Shown here in pieces: positions 39,264-48,661 of a DNA stretch of 64,000 nt. The translations under genes and the position numbers were made by a program. How positions within the stretch are numbered: position 1 is the stretch's first letter; every line of letters begins with the position of its first letter. A model generated the notes under the pieces. The model saw nothing but the letters and a program-made list of their open reading frames with translations, searched no databases and was not told where the DNA came from. Source of the DNA: Thainema sp. GTDB taxonomy: Bacteria; Cyanobacteriota; Cyanobacteriia; Phormidesmidales; Phormidesmidaceae. The stretch covers positions 27,090-91,089 of the forward strand of contig JBQLZK010000024.1 of assembly GCA_052168235.1 (NCBI GenBank), written 5' to 3'.

Positions 39264-39320
39264 TTCAATAAGCAATCGATACGGTATTTCAAAAGTATCA
39301 TTTAACTGTGATACTTAATG

Positions 39321-39364
39321 AGTGTACTGCTCAGCCTCCAAAAGATAGCTGAGCAGTACACTTT
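39321..39364 (+). terminator. Terminator after the HDO gene
   Basis: AGTGTACTGCTCAGC..GCTGAGCAGTACACT-TT, 15-bp stem. Confidence 0.8.
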
Positions 39365-39642
39365 GCCTTATTTATTTATAGGGAAATGTGCGATCGCAAT
39401 ATCGTCATCAGAATATAGCAGCTCAAAAAATAAATCTAGAAACCAAGCTTTACTAAATTCAGGTATCTAAAAACGACTCGCACATTTTATTGATTTATTT
39501 AACAATTGCGAAATAATCAAGAATTCTTGTTTTTCATTGACCAATTAGAGTTGACTGAAGCACAAATACAGTATTTATAAGGTTGTTCAAATTACAGAAT
39601 ACTGGGAATACTGGAATGTGATTTATCTTTGCTCGACCAGTA

Positions 39643-42600
39643 GTGCTATCACCCATGCAAGCAACTCTTAGTGTTCCCGGATATCGGCTTGATCACCTTT
39701 TACATTCCAGCTCTAGAACTCTTGTTTATCGAGGAGTAAAAGAGCATGATCAACAACCAGTAGTGGTAAAACTACTGAAAAATCCTTATCCCAGTGCGGT
39801 TGAATTGATGCAGTTTCGCAATCAATACACAATCGCCAAAGCGCTTGATTCACCAGGCGTTGTCCAATTTTATAGTCTCAGCACAGAGCAATCTCAATTT
39901 GCGCTGATTATGGAAGACTTTGGGGGGATTTCTCTCAAAGAATATATCAATTGTCAGGCTGCAAATTTAGAACCAGCAGCTAAGCTGATGGAATTTTTGC
40001 AAGTTGCGATCGCAGTTGCTGACATCCTGCACGATATCTATCGGCACCGGATTATTCATAAAGATATTAAACCAAGCAATATTTTAATTAATCCCGAAAC
40101 GAAGCAGGTTAAGCTGATTGACTTCAGCATTGCTTCGCTGCTGCCGCGCGAAACTCAAGCTCTCACCAGTCCCAATGTATTGGAAGGAACGTTAGCCTAT
40201 CTGTCGCCGGAGCAAACGGGGCGGATGAATCGCGGCATTGACTACCGCACCGATTTTTATTCCCTGGGCGTTACCTTCTATGAGCTGCTGACGGGACAAC
40301 TGCCGTTTCAGGTCGAGGATGCGATGGAGCTGATCCATTGCCATATTGCCAAGCAGCCTGTGCCGCCGTGTGAGGTCGAGGGGAGCAGGGGAGCAAGGGG
40401 GCAAGGGGGTAAGGGAGCAAGAGGGATGCGCGCGCAAGACGGCTCCCCATCTCCCCATCTCCCCATCTCCTCATCTCCCATTCCCACAGTTCTGTCAGAC
40501 ATCGTCATGAAGCTGATGGCGAAAAATGCCGAGGATCGCTATCAGAGTGCGCTGGGGCTGAAGTATGACCTGGAGCAGTGCTTATCCCAACTGAAAGAAA
40601 CAGGTCGGATCGAACCTTTCCAGTTAGCGGAGCGGGATGTGTGCGATCGCTTTTCGATTCCGGAAAAGCTGTATGGGCGCGAGCAGGAAGTTGACACCTT
40701 ACTGGCAGCGTTTGATCGGGTGAAGGAAGGAGCCACCGAACTGATGCTAGTGGCGGGTTTCTCCGGCATTGGCAAAACCGCTGTCGTAAATGAGGTGCAT
40801 AAGCCGATTGTCCGGCAGCGGGGCTATTTCATTCAGGGTAAGTTCGACCAGCTGCAGCGCAATATTCCGTTTTCGGCTTTTGTGCAGGCGTTTCGCGATT
40901 TGATGCGGCAACTGCTGACCGAAAGCGAGGCTCAGCTAGAGCGCTGGAAGCTGAAAATTCTGCGATCGCTGGGTGAAAACGCTCAGGTCATCATTGATGT
41001 CATTCCCGAACTGGAGCAAATCATCGGTGCTCAACCTGCTGCGCCAGAACTGTCCGGCGTGGCGGCTCAAACTCGCTTCAATCTGCTCTGCCAGAAGTTT
41101 ACGCAGGTGTTCACCACCCAGGAGCACCCGCTGGTCATCTTCCTGGACGATTTACAGTGGGCGGATTTGGCCTCTCTGAAATTGATGCAGACGCTCTGCC
41201 GGGATGTAGACATCCAGTATCTGCTGCTGATTGGAGCTTACCGCGATAATGAAGTCTCTTCGGCCCATCCCCTGATGCTGGCCGTGGAGGAACTGCGGCA
41301 AGCAGAAGTCGTCGTAAATGCGATCGCACTTGCTTCCCTCAGCCAGTCTCATTTGAATCATCTGGTTGCCGATACCCTACTCTACTCGGCAGACGAAGCC
41401 CTGCCGTTAACTCAACTGGTTTATCAGAAAACCCAAGGCAATCCCTTCTTCAGCAGTCAGTTTCTCAAATCGCTCTATCAGGACAAACTGCTGAGTTTTG
41501 ATGTTGGCCACGGGAAATGGCAGTGTGACCTAGTTGGTATCCAAACGGCAGCTTTGACGGATGACATTGTCCAATTTGTGGCTTGTCAGCTGCAAAAGTT
41601 GCCCGCAACCACTCAAGATGTGCTCAAGCTAGCGGCTTGCATTGGCAACACCTTTGACCTGGCAACGCTCTCTATCGTTTACGGCCAGTCGTTCGCGGAA
41701 ACGGCAACGGAGCTATGGTCAGCCCTGGAAGAAGGGTTAATTGTGCCCACAAATGATGCCTATAAAGCCTTTCAAGATGAGGTTGAACATTCGCTCAACG
41801 GCAAATCAAGATCCGGTTCAGCGCTATCCCATCTGTCTCCTGACCAATTGCCGACCTACAAATTTCTCCATGACCGCATTCAGCAGGCCGCTTATTCGCT
41901 GATCCCGGCGGATCAGAAGCAGGTGACGCACCTCCAAATCGGTCAGCGATTGCTGTGCAACACCTCTGCCGAAAATTGGGACGAGAAGCTGTTTGAAATT
42001 GTCAACTCGCTCAATATTGGAGCAGCGCTGATTACCGAGCAAAGCCAGCGTGAGGATCTGGCTCGGTTAAATTTGCAAGCAGGGGAAAAGGCCAAAGCTG
42101 CGACTGCATTTGGTACCGCGCTGGAATACTGCCAAGCGGGAATTGCCCTGCTGCCGACCGATGGTTGGCACAGTCAGTATGACCTGACACTAGCGCTGCA
42201 CGAGATTGCTGCCGAGGCGGCCTATCTGTGTGGTGAGTTTGAGGCGATGGAGCAGTTGACCACCGCCGTCATGAATCAGGCTACAGCGCTGCTGGATCAG
42301 GTGAATGTGTATGACATTCGGGTGCAAGCTTATACCGCGCAAAATGATGTACTGGCTGCGATCGCAACTGCGCGTCAGGCCATGAGCCTATTTGGGGTCA
42401 ACTTTCCAGACAATCCCACCCCAGCCGACATTCAACAGGCGCTCCAGGAAACGACTGAACTGGCAAATAGCAAGTCCCTAGACGAACTGCTCAACTTACC
42501 GACCATGACCGACGCTGAAAAGCTGGCCGTCATGCGAATTGCCGTTAGCGTGGCTCCGGCAGTTTATATCGCGATGCCCAATCTGTTCGCCCTGCTGACG

Positions 42601-45303
42601 CTTTCTCAGGTCAAAGCATCGGTTGAATTTGGCAACACGCCCTTCTCAGCCTTCTTCTATGCCTGCTACGGCATTCCGCTCAGCAGTGCGCTGGGCAATA
42701 TTGCCGCCGCCGACAAGTTTGGCAAAGTCGCTCTCGGCCTGAATGAGATCTTCAACATCAGCGCCCTGCAACCCACGACGCTTTATGTAGTGGGCGCGTT
42801 CTTGGTTCACCAAACCTCCCATCTGCAAGACTCTCTGCAACTGATGCTGGATGGCTATCAGCTTGCTCTCGAAACGGGCAACCTCTACTACGTCGGCTTC
42901 AACACTAAGGATATCTGTCAGTACTCCTACTTCATGGGGCAGGAACTCACCAGCCTGGAGCAGGACATGCAGGCATATGGCCAGGTGCTGACCAATTTTA
43001 AGCAAATTACCACGCTCAACTACTGCCGGATTTATCATCAAGCCGTCTTGAACCTGTTGGGGCAGAGTGAAAATCCCTCTGCCATGCGGGGTAGTGTCCT
43101 GGATGAAGATCAGTTTCTACCACAGTTGCAAACAGCGAATGAGTTCACTGGGCTGCACTATTTCCATCTGCATAAGCTCATCCTTTGCTACTTATTTGGC
43201 GACCTGCCACGGGCGCTCAAAACCGCCGCTCAATCCAGAGAATACTTAGCCGCTGGCACAGGTTACGCCACAGAACCCACGTTTTATTTCTACGACTCGC
43301 TGACTGCGTTGGCGGTCTATCCCACTGCTTCTTCCGCTGAGCAAACTGAACTGCTGAAGCGCGTCGCTGACAATCAGGCGCACCTAAAGCGACTCGCTGA
43401 CCATGCGCCGATGAATTATCGTCATAAGTTTGATTTGGTTGCCGCAGAGCGCTATCGCGTCTTGAATCAAAATACAGAAGCGCTGGAAGCCTACGATTGT
43501 GCGATCGCAGGTGCAAGAGAACATGGCTTTACTCAAGATGAAGCTCTAGCCAATGAACTAGCAGCTCGTTTCTACCTAAACTGGGGTAAAGAGAAGATAG
43601 CCCAGGTCTATCTAGCTGATGCCTACTATGCCTATGTGCGATGGGGCGCAACGGCCAAAGTGCAGGATCTGGAAGCTCGCTATCCGAATCTGCTCACCCC
43701 CATGCTGCATCGGGAGGAGGGATTTACAACCCGCCGATCGCTGAAGGCCACCACGACAGGCAGCGGCACCAGCGGCAGCACCAGCGTTTCGGACATGCTG
43801 GATCTGGCCACGGTGATGAAATCTTCGCAAGCGCTTTCGGGTGAAATTCAGCTCGACACGCTGCTATCAACGCTGATGCAGGTGCTAATTGAAAATGCGG
43901 GTGCCGAAACCTGTGCGCTCCTGCTGCGCCAAGACGGTGAGTGGATTGTCTCGGCCCAGGGCATGAGCCATCAGCCCACCGTATTTCCCAACCACCCCCT
44001 CGCCGATAGCCAATCCCTGGCTCAGTCTGTGGTCAATTACGTGATTCGCACGTCCGAAACGCTGGTTTTAGACAGCGCCTGCACTGAAACGACCTTTGCC
44101 AACGATGCTTACATTTTGGCCCATCGGCCCAAGAGCATCCTCTGCACCCCTGTCCGCAATCGGGGTCAGGTGATTGGCATTCTGTATCTGGAAAATAAGC
44201 TGACCAATGGGGCGTTTACCCATAATCGGCTGGAGGTGCTGCGTCTGCTGACGGCGCAAGCGGCCATTTCGCTGCAAAATGCCCTGCTCTACAACAAGCT
44301 GGCGGTGGCGAAGGAGCAACTGGAGGAATATAGCCATACGCTGGAGCAAAAAGTTGAACAGCGTACCCAGGAGTTGAACGATAAGAATCAGTGTCTGTCG
44401 GACGCGCTGGAGCAGCTCCAGCAAACTCAAACCCAGTTGATTCAGACGGAAAAGATGTCCTCGCTGGGCCAAATGGTGGCCGGAATTGCCCATGAAATCA
44501 ACAATCCCATCAACTTTATCTACGGCAATCTCACCCATGCCGATGGCTATTGCAGCGATTTGCTGGGACTTGTGGACTGCTATCAGCAGCACTATCCTGA
44601 TCCGGTAGCTGCGATCGCAGATGAGATGGCGGCGATTGAGTTTGATTTTCTAAAAGACGATTTGCACAAGCTGCTGCAGTCGATGAAGGTGGGAGCCGAC
44701 CGGATTCGCCAAATTGTCCTGTCGCTGCGTAACTTCTCGCGGCTAGATGAGGCGGAAATGAAACCCGTCGATATCCATGAAGGGATTGACAGCACACTGC
44801 TGATTCTGCATCACCGGATCAAAGGCAACGATAATCACACCGCCATTCAAATCATTAAAGAATACGGCTCACTGCCTAAAATTACCTGCTTTGCCAGTCA
44901 GCTCAACCAGGTGTTTATGAATATTCTGAGTAATGCCTTGGATGCGCTAGAACCCAAAAGTCGCAAGCTGCCGGGAGTCAAGCATAAAGCTGAAGCCGTA
45001 GCGTCGCTGCCAACTGCCTTCCCCTTTGCATCTGATTGCACGGCCCCCACGATTCGCATCCGGACAGCCATGAAAGATGACACGGTTCACATCTGGATCG
45101 CAGACAACGGCTCTGGCATTCCCAAAAAGGCTCAGTCCCACCTATTTGATCCCTTTTTCACAACCAAGGAAATCGGCAAAGGCACCGGACTGGGACTATC
45201 GATCAGCTACTCCATCGTGGTAGACAAGCACGGCGGCCAGCTCAGCGTAGTTTCAGAACTGGGACAGGGAACAGAGTTTGCGATCGCAATTCCAAGGCAG
45301 TAG
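39643..45303 (+). CDS. Ser/Thr kinase - AAA ATPase - GAF - histidine kinase hybrid (HstK-type)
   Basis: HKDIKPSN, DFS, YLSPEQTGR; P-loop GFSGIGKT; FLDDLQWAD; GAF; AHEINNP; DNGSG; GTGLGL. Confidence 0.95.
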   Translation: MLSPMQATLSVPGYRLDHLLHSSSRTLVYRGVKEHDQQPVVVKLLKNPYPSAVELMQFRNQYTIAKALDSPGVVQFYSLSTEQSQFALIMEDFGGISLKEYINCQAANLEPAAKLMEFLQVAIAVADILHDIYRHRIIHKDIKPSNILINPETKQVKLIDFSIASLLPRETQALTSPNVLEGTLAYLSPEQTGRMNRGIDYRTDFYSLGVTFYELLTGQLPFQVEDAMELIHCHIAKQPVPPCEVEGSRGARGQGGKGARGMRAQDGSPSPHLPISSSPIPTVLSDIVMKLMAKNAEDRYQSALGLKYDLEQCLSQLKETGRIEPFQLAERDVCDRFSIPEKLYGREQEVDTLLAAFDRVKEGATELMLVAGFSGIGKTAVVNEVHKPIVRQRGYFIQGKFDQLQRNIPFSAFVQAFRDLMRQLLTESEAQLERWKLKILRSLGENAQVIIDVIPELEQIIGAQPAAPELSGVAAQTRFNLLCQKFTQVFTTQEHPLVIFLDDLQWADLASLKLMQTLCRDVDIQYLLLIGAYRDNEVSSAHPLMLAVEELRQAEVVVNAIALASLSQSHLNHLVADTLLYSADEALPLTQLVYQKTQGNPFFSSQFLKSLYQDKLLSFDVGHGKWQCDLVGIQTAALTDDIVQFVACQLQKLPATTQDVLKLAACIGNTFDLATLSIVYGQSFAETATELWSALEEGLIVPTNDAYKAFQDEVEHSLNGKSRSGSALSHLSPDQLPTYKFLHDRIQQAAYSLIPADQKQVTHLQIGQRLLCNTSAENWDEKLFEIVNSLNIGAALITEQSQREDLARLNLQAGEKAKAATAFGTALEYCQAGIALLPTDGWHSQYDLTLALHEIAAEAAYLCGEFEAMEQLTTAVMNQATALLDQVNVYDIRVQAYTAQNDVLAAIATARQAMSLFGVNFPDNPTPADIQQALQETTELANSKSLDELLNLPTMTDAEKLAVMRIAVSVAPAVYIAMPNLFALLTLSQVKASVEFGNTPFSAFFYACYGIPLSSALGNIAAADKFGKVALGLNEIFNISALQPTTLYVVGAFLVHQTSHLQDSLQLMLDGYQLALETGNLYYVGFNTKDICQYSYFMGQELTSLEQDMQAYGQVLTNFKQITTLNYCRIYHQAVLNLLGQSENPSAMRGSVLDEDQFLPQLQTANEFTGLHYFHLHKLILCYLFGDLPRALKTAAQSREYLAAGTGYATEPTFYFYDSLTALAVYPTASSAEQTELLKRVADNQAHLKRLADHAPMNYRHKFDLVAAERYRVLNQNTEALEAYDCAIAGAREHGFTQDEALANELAARFYLNWGKEKIAQVYLADAYYAYVRWGATAKVQDLEARYPNLLTPMLHREEGFTTRRSLKATTTGSGTSGSTSVSDMLDLATVMKSSQALSGEIQLDTLLSTLMQVLIENAGAETCALLLRQDGEWIVSAQGMSHQPTVFPNHPLADSQSLAQSVVNYVIRTSETLVLDSACTETTFANDAYILAHRPKSILCTPVRNRGQVIGILYLENKLTNGAFTHNRLEVLRLLTAQAAISLQNALLYNKLAVAKEQLEEYSHTLEQKVEQRTQELNDKNQCLSDALEQLQQTQTQLIQTEKMSSLGQMVAGIAHEINNPINFIYGNLTHADGYCSDLLGLVDCYQQHYPDPVAAIADEMAAIEFDFLKDDLHKLLQSMKVGADRIRQIVLSLRNFSRLDEAEMKPVDIHEGIDSTLLILHHRIKGNDNHTAIQIIKEYGSLPKITCFASQLNQVFMNILSNALDALEPKSRKLPGVKHKAEAVASLPTAFPFASDCTAPTIRIRTAMKDDTVHIWIADNGSGIPKKAQSHLFDPFFTTKEIGKGTGLGLSISYSIVVDKHGGQLSVVSELGQGTEFAIAIPRQ
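40379..40480. repeat. In-frame STRR insertion within the kinase gene
   Basis: GGGAGCAG/GGGAGCAA/GGGGGCAA run followed by (CTCCCCAT)x3. Confidence 0.75.
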
Positions 45304-45530
45304 GAGCAAGGAGGCAGGAGAGAAAGGGGGCGAAAGGAAACCTGGTGTGTAGCTGCTGCAACTTGAGAAACGATACTGCATCAGTTCTCCAAAATTGCAG
45401 CAATGAAAAGCTCTCCGGCTCCTTCACTCCCTCGCCCTTCTTCATAGCAAATGTCTTTGATTCCCTAACTCTCTGAAAAAGCTCTCCTGCTCCCTTTCTC
45501 CCCTACTCCCCTGCTCCTTTTCCCACTCTA
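45301..45530. repeat. Inverted STRR-like blocks between convergent genes
   Basis: GGAGCAAGGAGGCAGGAGAG... and ...CTCCTGCTCCCTTTCTCCCCTACTCCCCTGCTCC. Confidence 0.55.
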
Positions 45531-45531
45531 C

Positions 45532-46965
45532 CTACCCGTCAAACCGTACCCGCATCACTTTAGGAATTTGCGATTGCAGTCGTCCCGGCGTGTAGCGACC
45601 GCAGCCAAGCTGGATATCGCCGTAGCGCACATGCACATAGCAGGGCGTTTCTTCGGCAAGCTGCACGGTGTCCGGATCGACGAGTACGGTTTCGCCCATG
45701 ATGAACTGCTGGGCAATGGTCGCTGTGGGTAGGTTCACAATTTGACGCTGCGCCCAGTGGCCAAATCGCTGTAGGCCATAACTACTGGGCTTCCACGTAC
45801 CGGACGACAGCCGAAAAATGGGCAGTCCAATGCCCTGAATTGCCAAGGGTTTACCTGTTTCTGTCGGCGGTAGCGGCACCTGTTGCTCAGCTAGCCAGCA
45901 GGTGGATTTGCCTTTTTGCCAGAGGGTGAACGGTTCAAAATGTGCGGGATCGATATAAAAGCGATCGCAAAATTCCAGTAGCACCGATCGATCCACTAAC
46001 GGTTCAACCAAATCCTGGGCAGAGGCACTCGGTTCAGGCAGAACGGCATCCGATAGTTGCGCCTCTGTGCGCCGAATGCGGGCGGCAAAAAATCCACCTG
46101 TATTGTTGAAGTGCGGAAAATAGCGCTGAGCATGGGCCACGTCAGCACGATAGGTTTTTCCTTGCCACTCGGTTAACCCCGGCATGGCGGTTAGCCCAGG
46201 AATCGACACGGATTCAATCACACCCCGATCGCCCAGTACCTTATCGAGTACCGCTTCATTTTCTTCCGGTGCAAACGTGCAGGTGCTATAGACCACCACG
46301 CCGCCCGGTTTCACCAGTTGCAGCGCCCGATCCAAAATCTGCCGCTGCACGGACGAAACCCATTCGCTGTAGCCCGGTCGCCAGTTGATATTTTGAAACC
46401 CCTTGCGCACCGTGCCTTCACCAGAACACGGGACATCGATTAGGATGCGATCGCAACTATGAGGCGCAAGGGGAATACTGCGACCGTCATAGTTCGTGAC
46501 GACAACATTAGTTAAGCCCAAGCGGCCAACCGTGCTAGATAAGCTAGACAGTCGGCCAATATTTTTTTCGTTAGCGATGACAGTTCCGGTGCTAGCTAGC
46601 CGCATGGCAATTTGGGCCGTTTTCCCACCGGGTGCGGCACAGAGATCCAGCACGCACTCACCGGGCTGTGGGTCGAGCAGTTCAACTGCCGTCAGCGCAA
46701 TTTCTTCCTGGACATAGTACCAGCCCGCCACAAACGGAATTGTACTGCCTGGTTTCGACCAATTATGGCTACGAAAGGCATCAGAATACCAGGACAGGGG
46801 TTCTAGCTCAACGCCAGATGACACAAGCTGAACGATTAGGTTGGCCGAAGTGGTTTTAAGTGGATTGCTCCACATGCAGACGGGTAACGGCTGGACAATA
46901 CACTGAGTAAAGGCTTCCGGATCGGGCAGCAGCGACTGATAACGGTCAAGAATGGATTCAGACAT
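45532..46965 (-). CDS. RsmB/NOP (RsmF/YebU-like) RNA m5C methyltransferase
   Basis: YYVQE, VLDLCAAPGGKT, ILIDVPCSGEG, YSTCTFAPEENE, GFF motifs. Confidence 0.92.
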   Translation of the reverse strand: MSESILDRYQSLLPDPEAFTQCIVQPLPVCMWSNPLKTTSANLIVQLVSSGVELEPLSWYSDAFRSHNWSKPGSTIPFVAGWYYVQEEIALTAVELLDPQPGECVLDLCAAPGGKTAQIAMRLASTGTVIANEKNIGRLSSLSSTVGRLGLTNVVVTNYDGRSIPLAPHSCDRILIDVPCSGEGTVRKGFQNINWRPGYSEWVSSVQRQILDRALQLVKPGGVVVYSTCTFAPEENEAVLDKVLGDRGVIESVSIPGLTAMPGLTEWQGKTYRADVAHAQRYFPHFNNTGGFFAARIRRTEAQLSDAVLPEPSASAQDLVEPLVDRSVLLEFCDRFYIDPAHFEPFTLWQKGKSTCWLAEQQVPLPPTETGKPLAIQGIGLPIFRLSSGTWKPSSYGLQRFGHWAQRQIVNLPTATIAQQFIMGETVLVDPDTVQLAEETPCYVHVRYGDIQLGCGRYTPGRLQSQIPKVMRVRFDG

Positions 46966-47087
46966 ACTTTAATTGGGCAGAAAAATAAGCACCCTTCTAT
47001 AGACAGATGCCATAAATCCATCTAGGGATTGTTGGTATTTATAAGTGAGCTTGAAAAGATGGAGGTAGTAATTGGGAAATAACAAAA

Positions 47088-47270
47088 ATGGACATTATTC
47101 GAATCATTTGTGCCATTATCCTACCGCCACTCGGTGTCTTTCTTCAGGTTGGCTTGGGAGCGCAATTTTGGATTAACATTCTCCTCACTCTTCTGGGCTA
47201 CATCCCCGGCATTATTCACGCTATTTGGGTCATCGCTAAATATCCTAGACGCTCACCCAGCCAGTTCTAA
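47088..47270 (+). CDS. YqaE/Pmp3-family small membrane protein
   Basis: AIILPPLGVFL..FWINILLTLLGYIPGIIHAIW. Confidence 0.95.
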   Translation: MDIIRIICAIILPPLGVFLQVGLGAQFWINILLTLLGYIPGIIHAIWVIAKYPRRSPSQF

Positions 47271-47347
47271 TCAGCACGTGAATCATCTACAGTACGCTTA
47301 GTGAGATGACCACGGGGTAACGACAGAAAAACTTTTAATGCACTGAA

Positions 47348-47387
47348 ACAAGAAGCAGAAAGGCATTTCATCCTTTCTGCTTCTTGT
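47348..47387. terminator. Bidirectional hairpin
   Basis: ACAAGAAGCAGAAAGG..CCTTTCTGCTTCTTGT, 16-bp stem. Confidence 0.8.
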
Positions 47388-47431
47388 GCTGACAAATTGA
47401 GCTTAGGTAGCGGCGGCGCTGTGCTCAGCGA

Positions 47432-47764
47432 CTATGCAACCAGGACAGAATCGAGAGCAGCAACCAACTTATCTTGGGAAACAACACCCGACAGCATGTT
47501 GACCATGCGGCCTTCATGAAAGATCACAAAGGTTGGGACAGCGCTAATTCCATAGCGGCTAGCCAATCGAACATTGTCATCAATGTTCAGCTTTGTGACT
47601 TTAGCTTTTCCATCTAGTTCGTTGGCCAATGCATCAATCACAGGATTCATGACGCGACAGGGGCCACACCAGGGAGCCCAAAAGTCTACCAGTACCGGAA
47701 TCGAGCTGTTTAAGACTTCGGCTTCGAAGTTGTCAGTATTGAGCTGGATAGGGTGAATGGACAT
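47432..47764 (-). CDS. trxA: Thioredoxin
   Basis: PVLVDFWAPWCGPC; AGGAGG RBS. Confidence 0.93.
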   Translation of the reverse strand: MSIHPIQLNTDNFEAEVLNSSIPVLVDFWAPWCGPCRVMNPVIDALANELDGKAKVTKLNIDDNVRLASRYGISAVPTFVIFHEGRMVNMLSGVVSQDKLVAALDSVLVA

Positions 47765-48175
47765 GTGAGTTTAGCCTCCTATTGAAATCCATCATGAACG
47801 ATTTTGGAACGATCGCTGCCGTAGAGCCTTGATACTTCTGCCCAATTATCTCTGCTAAATTTATCGCCAATGCCTGGACTGGAAATCCCACTTTGCGATC
47901 GCAAAGCACAGTACCTGCGTTCAGCCATCAGCTATCCCGTTGAGCAGAAATTTGAACGTTCGTTCCAAAATATCACCTAACAAAACTATGAACGTTCATG
48001 CAGTTCATTAACCAGGATGACGCATTAATCTGAATTAGGTCTGACAAAACGCTGAGAATAGGCTGAGGAAGCGTGAACGCTATCATCCATCTGCTGAAGT
48101 CTTTCGAGAGAACGAGCACCAAACTATAAACTTATATTAAGTTGAGGCAGTAGTAAAAACATAAACTGAGGAGAT

Positions 48176-48430
48176 ATGTCGCGCCAGCTAGATCTTGATC
48201 CCGTAGTGATTGATCGCATTATCGAAATGGCTTGGGAGGATCGGACTCCGTTCAGTGCAATCGAGTATCAATTTGGGCTGAAAGAAAAAGACGTAATCGC
48301 CTTGATGCGCCGAGAGATGAAAGCCTCTAGTTTTCGGATATGGCGCAAGCGGGTAACAGGCCGCAAAACCAAACATCGTCAAAATAGAGACTTTCTAGTC
48401 GGTCGATTTAAGTCCGACAACCAGCGATAG
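48176..48430 (+). CDS. TIGR03643/DUF2805-family protein
   Basis: IDRIIEMAWEDRTPF.AI..QFGL.E..VI.LMR..SF..WRKRV.GRKTKH. Confidence 0.92.
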   Translation: MSRQLDLDPVVIDRIIEMAWEDRTPFSAIEYQFGLKEKDVIALMRREMKASSFRIWRKRVTGRKTKHRQNRDFLVGRFKSDNQR

Positions 48431-48661
48431 CGCTAGTGCCAGTTGAGGGAAAAAACTGCTGAGAAACAGCCGCAGTCCAAGCAAATCTGCGGACAAATTC
48501 TCACTATTTGAGTCGCTAGATATACCCAAATGCATAGCTGATTCTTCACGTAATTATCCTGATCGCCTAAAGATTGGATGAAAGGGGGAACAGGATGATG
48601 CCTAGAAGTGTCGTCTTATATTAGACCGATGGGTAATAAGAGATTCAGAGGGGGAATTGTG

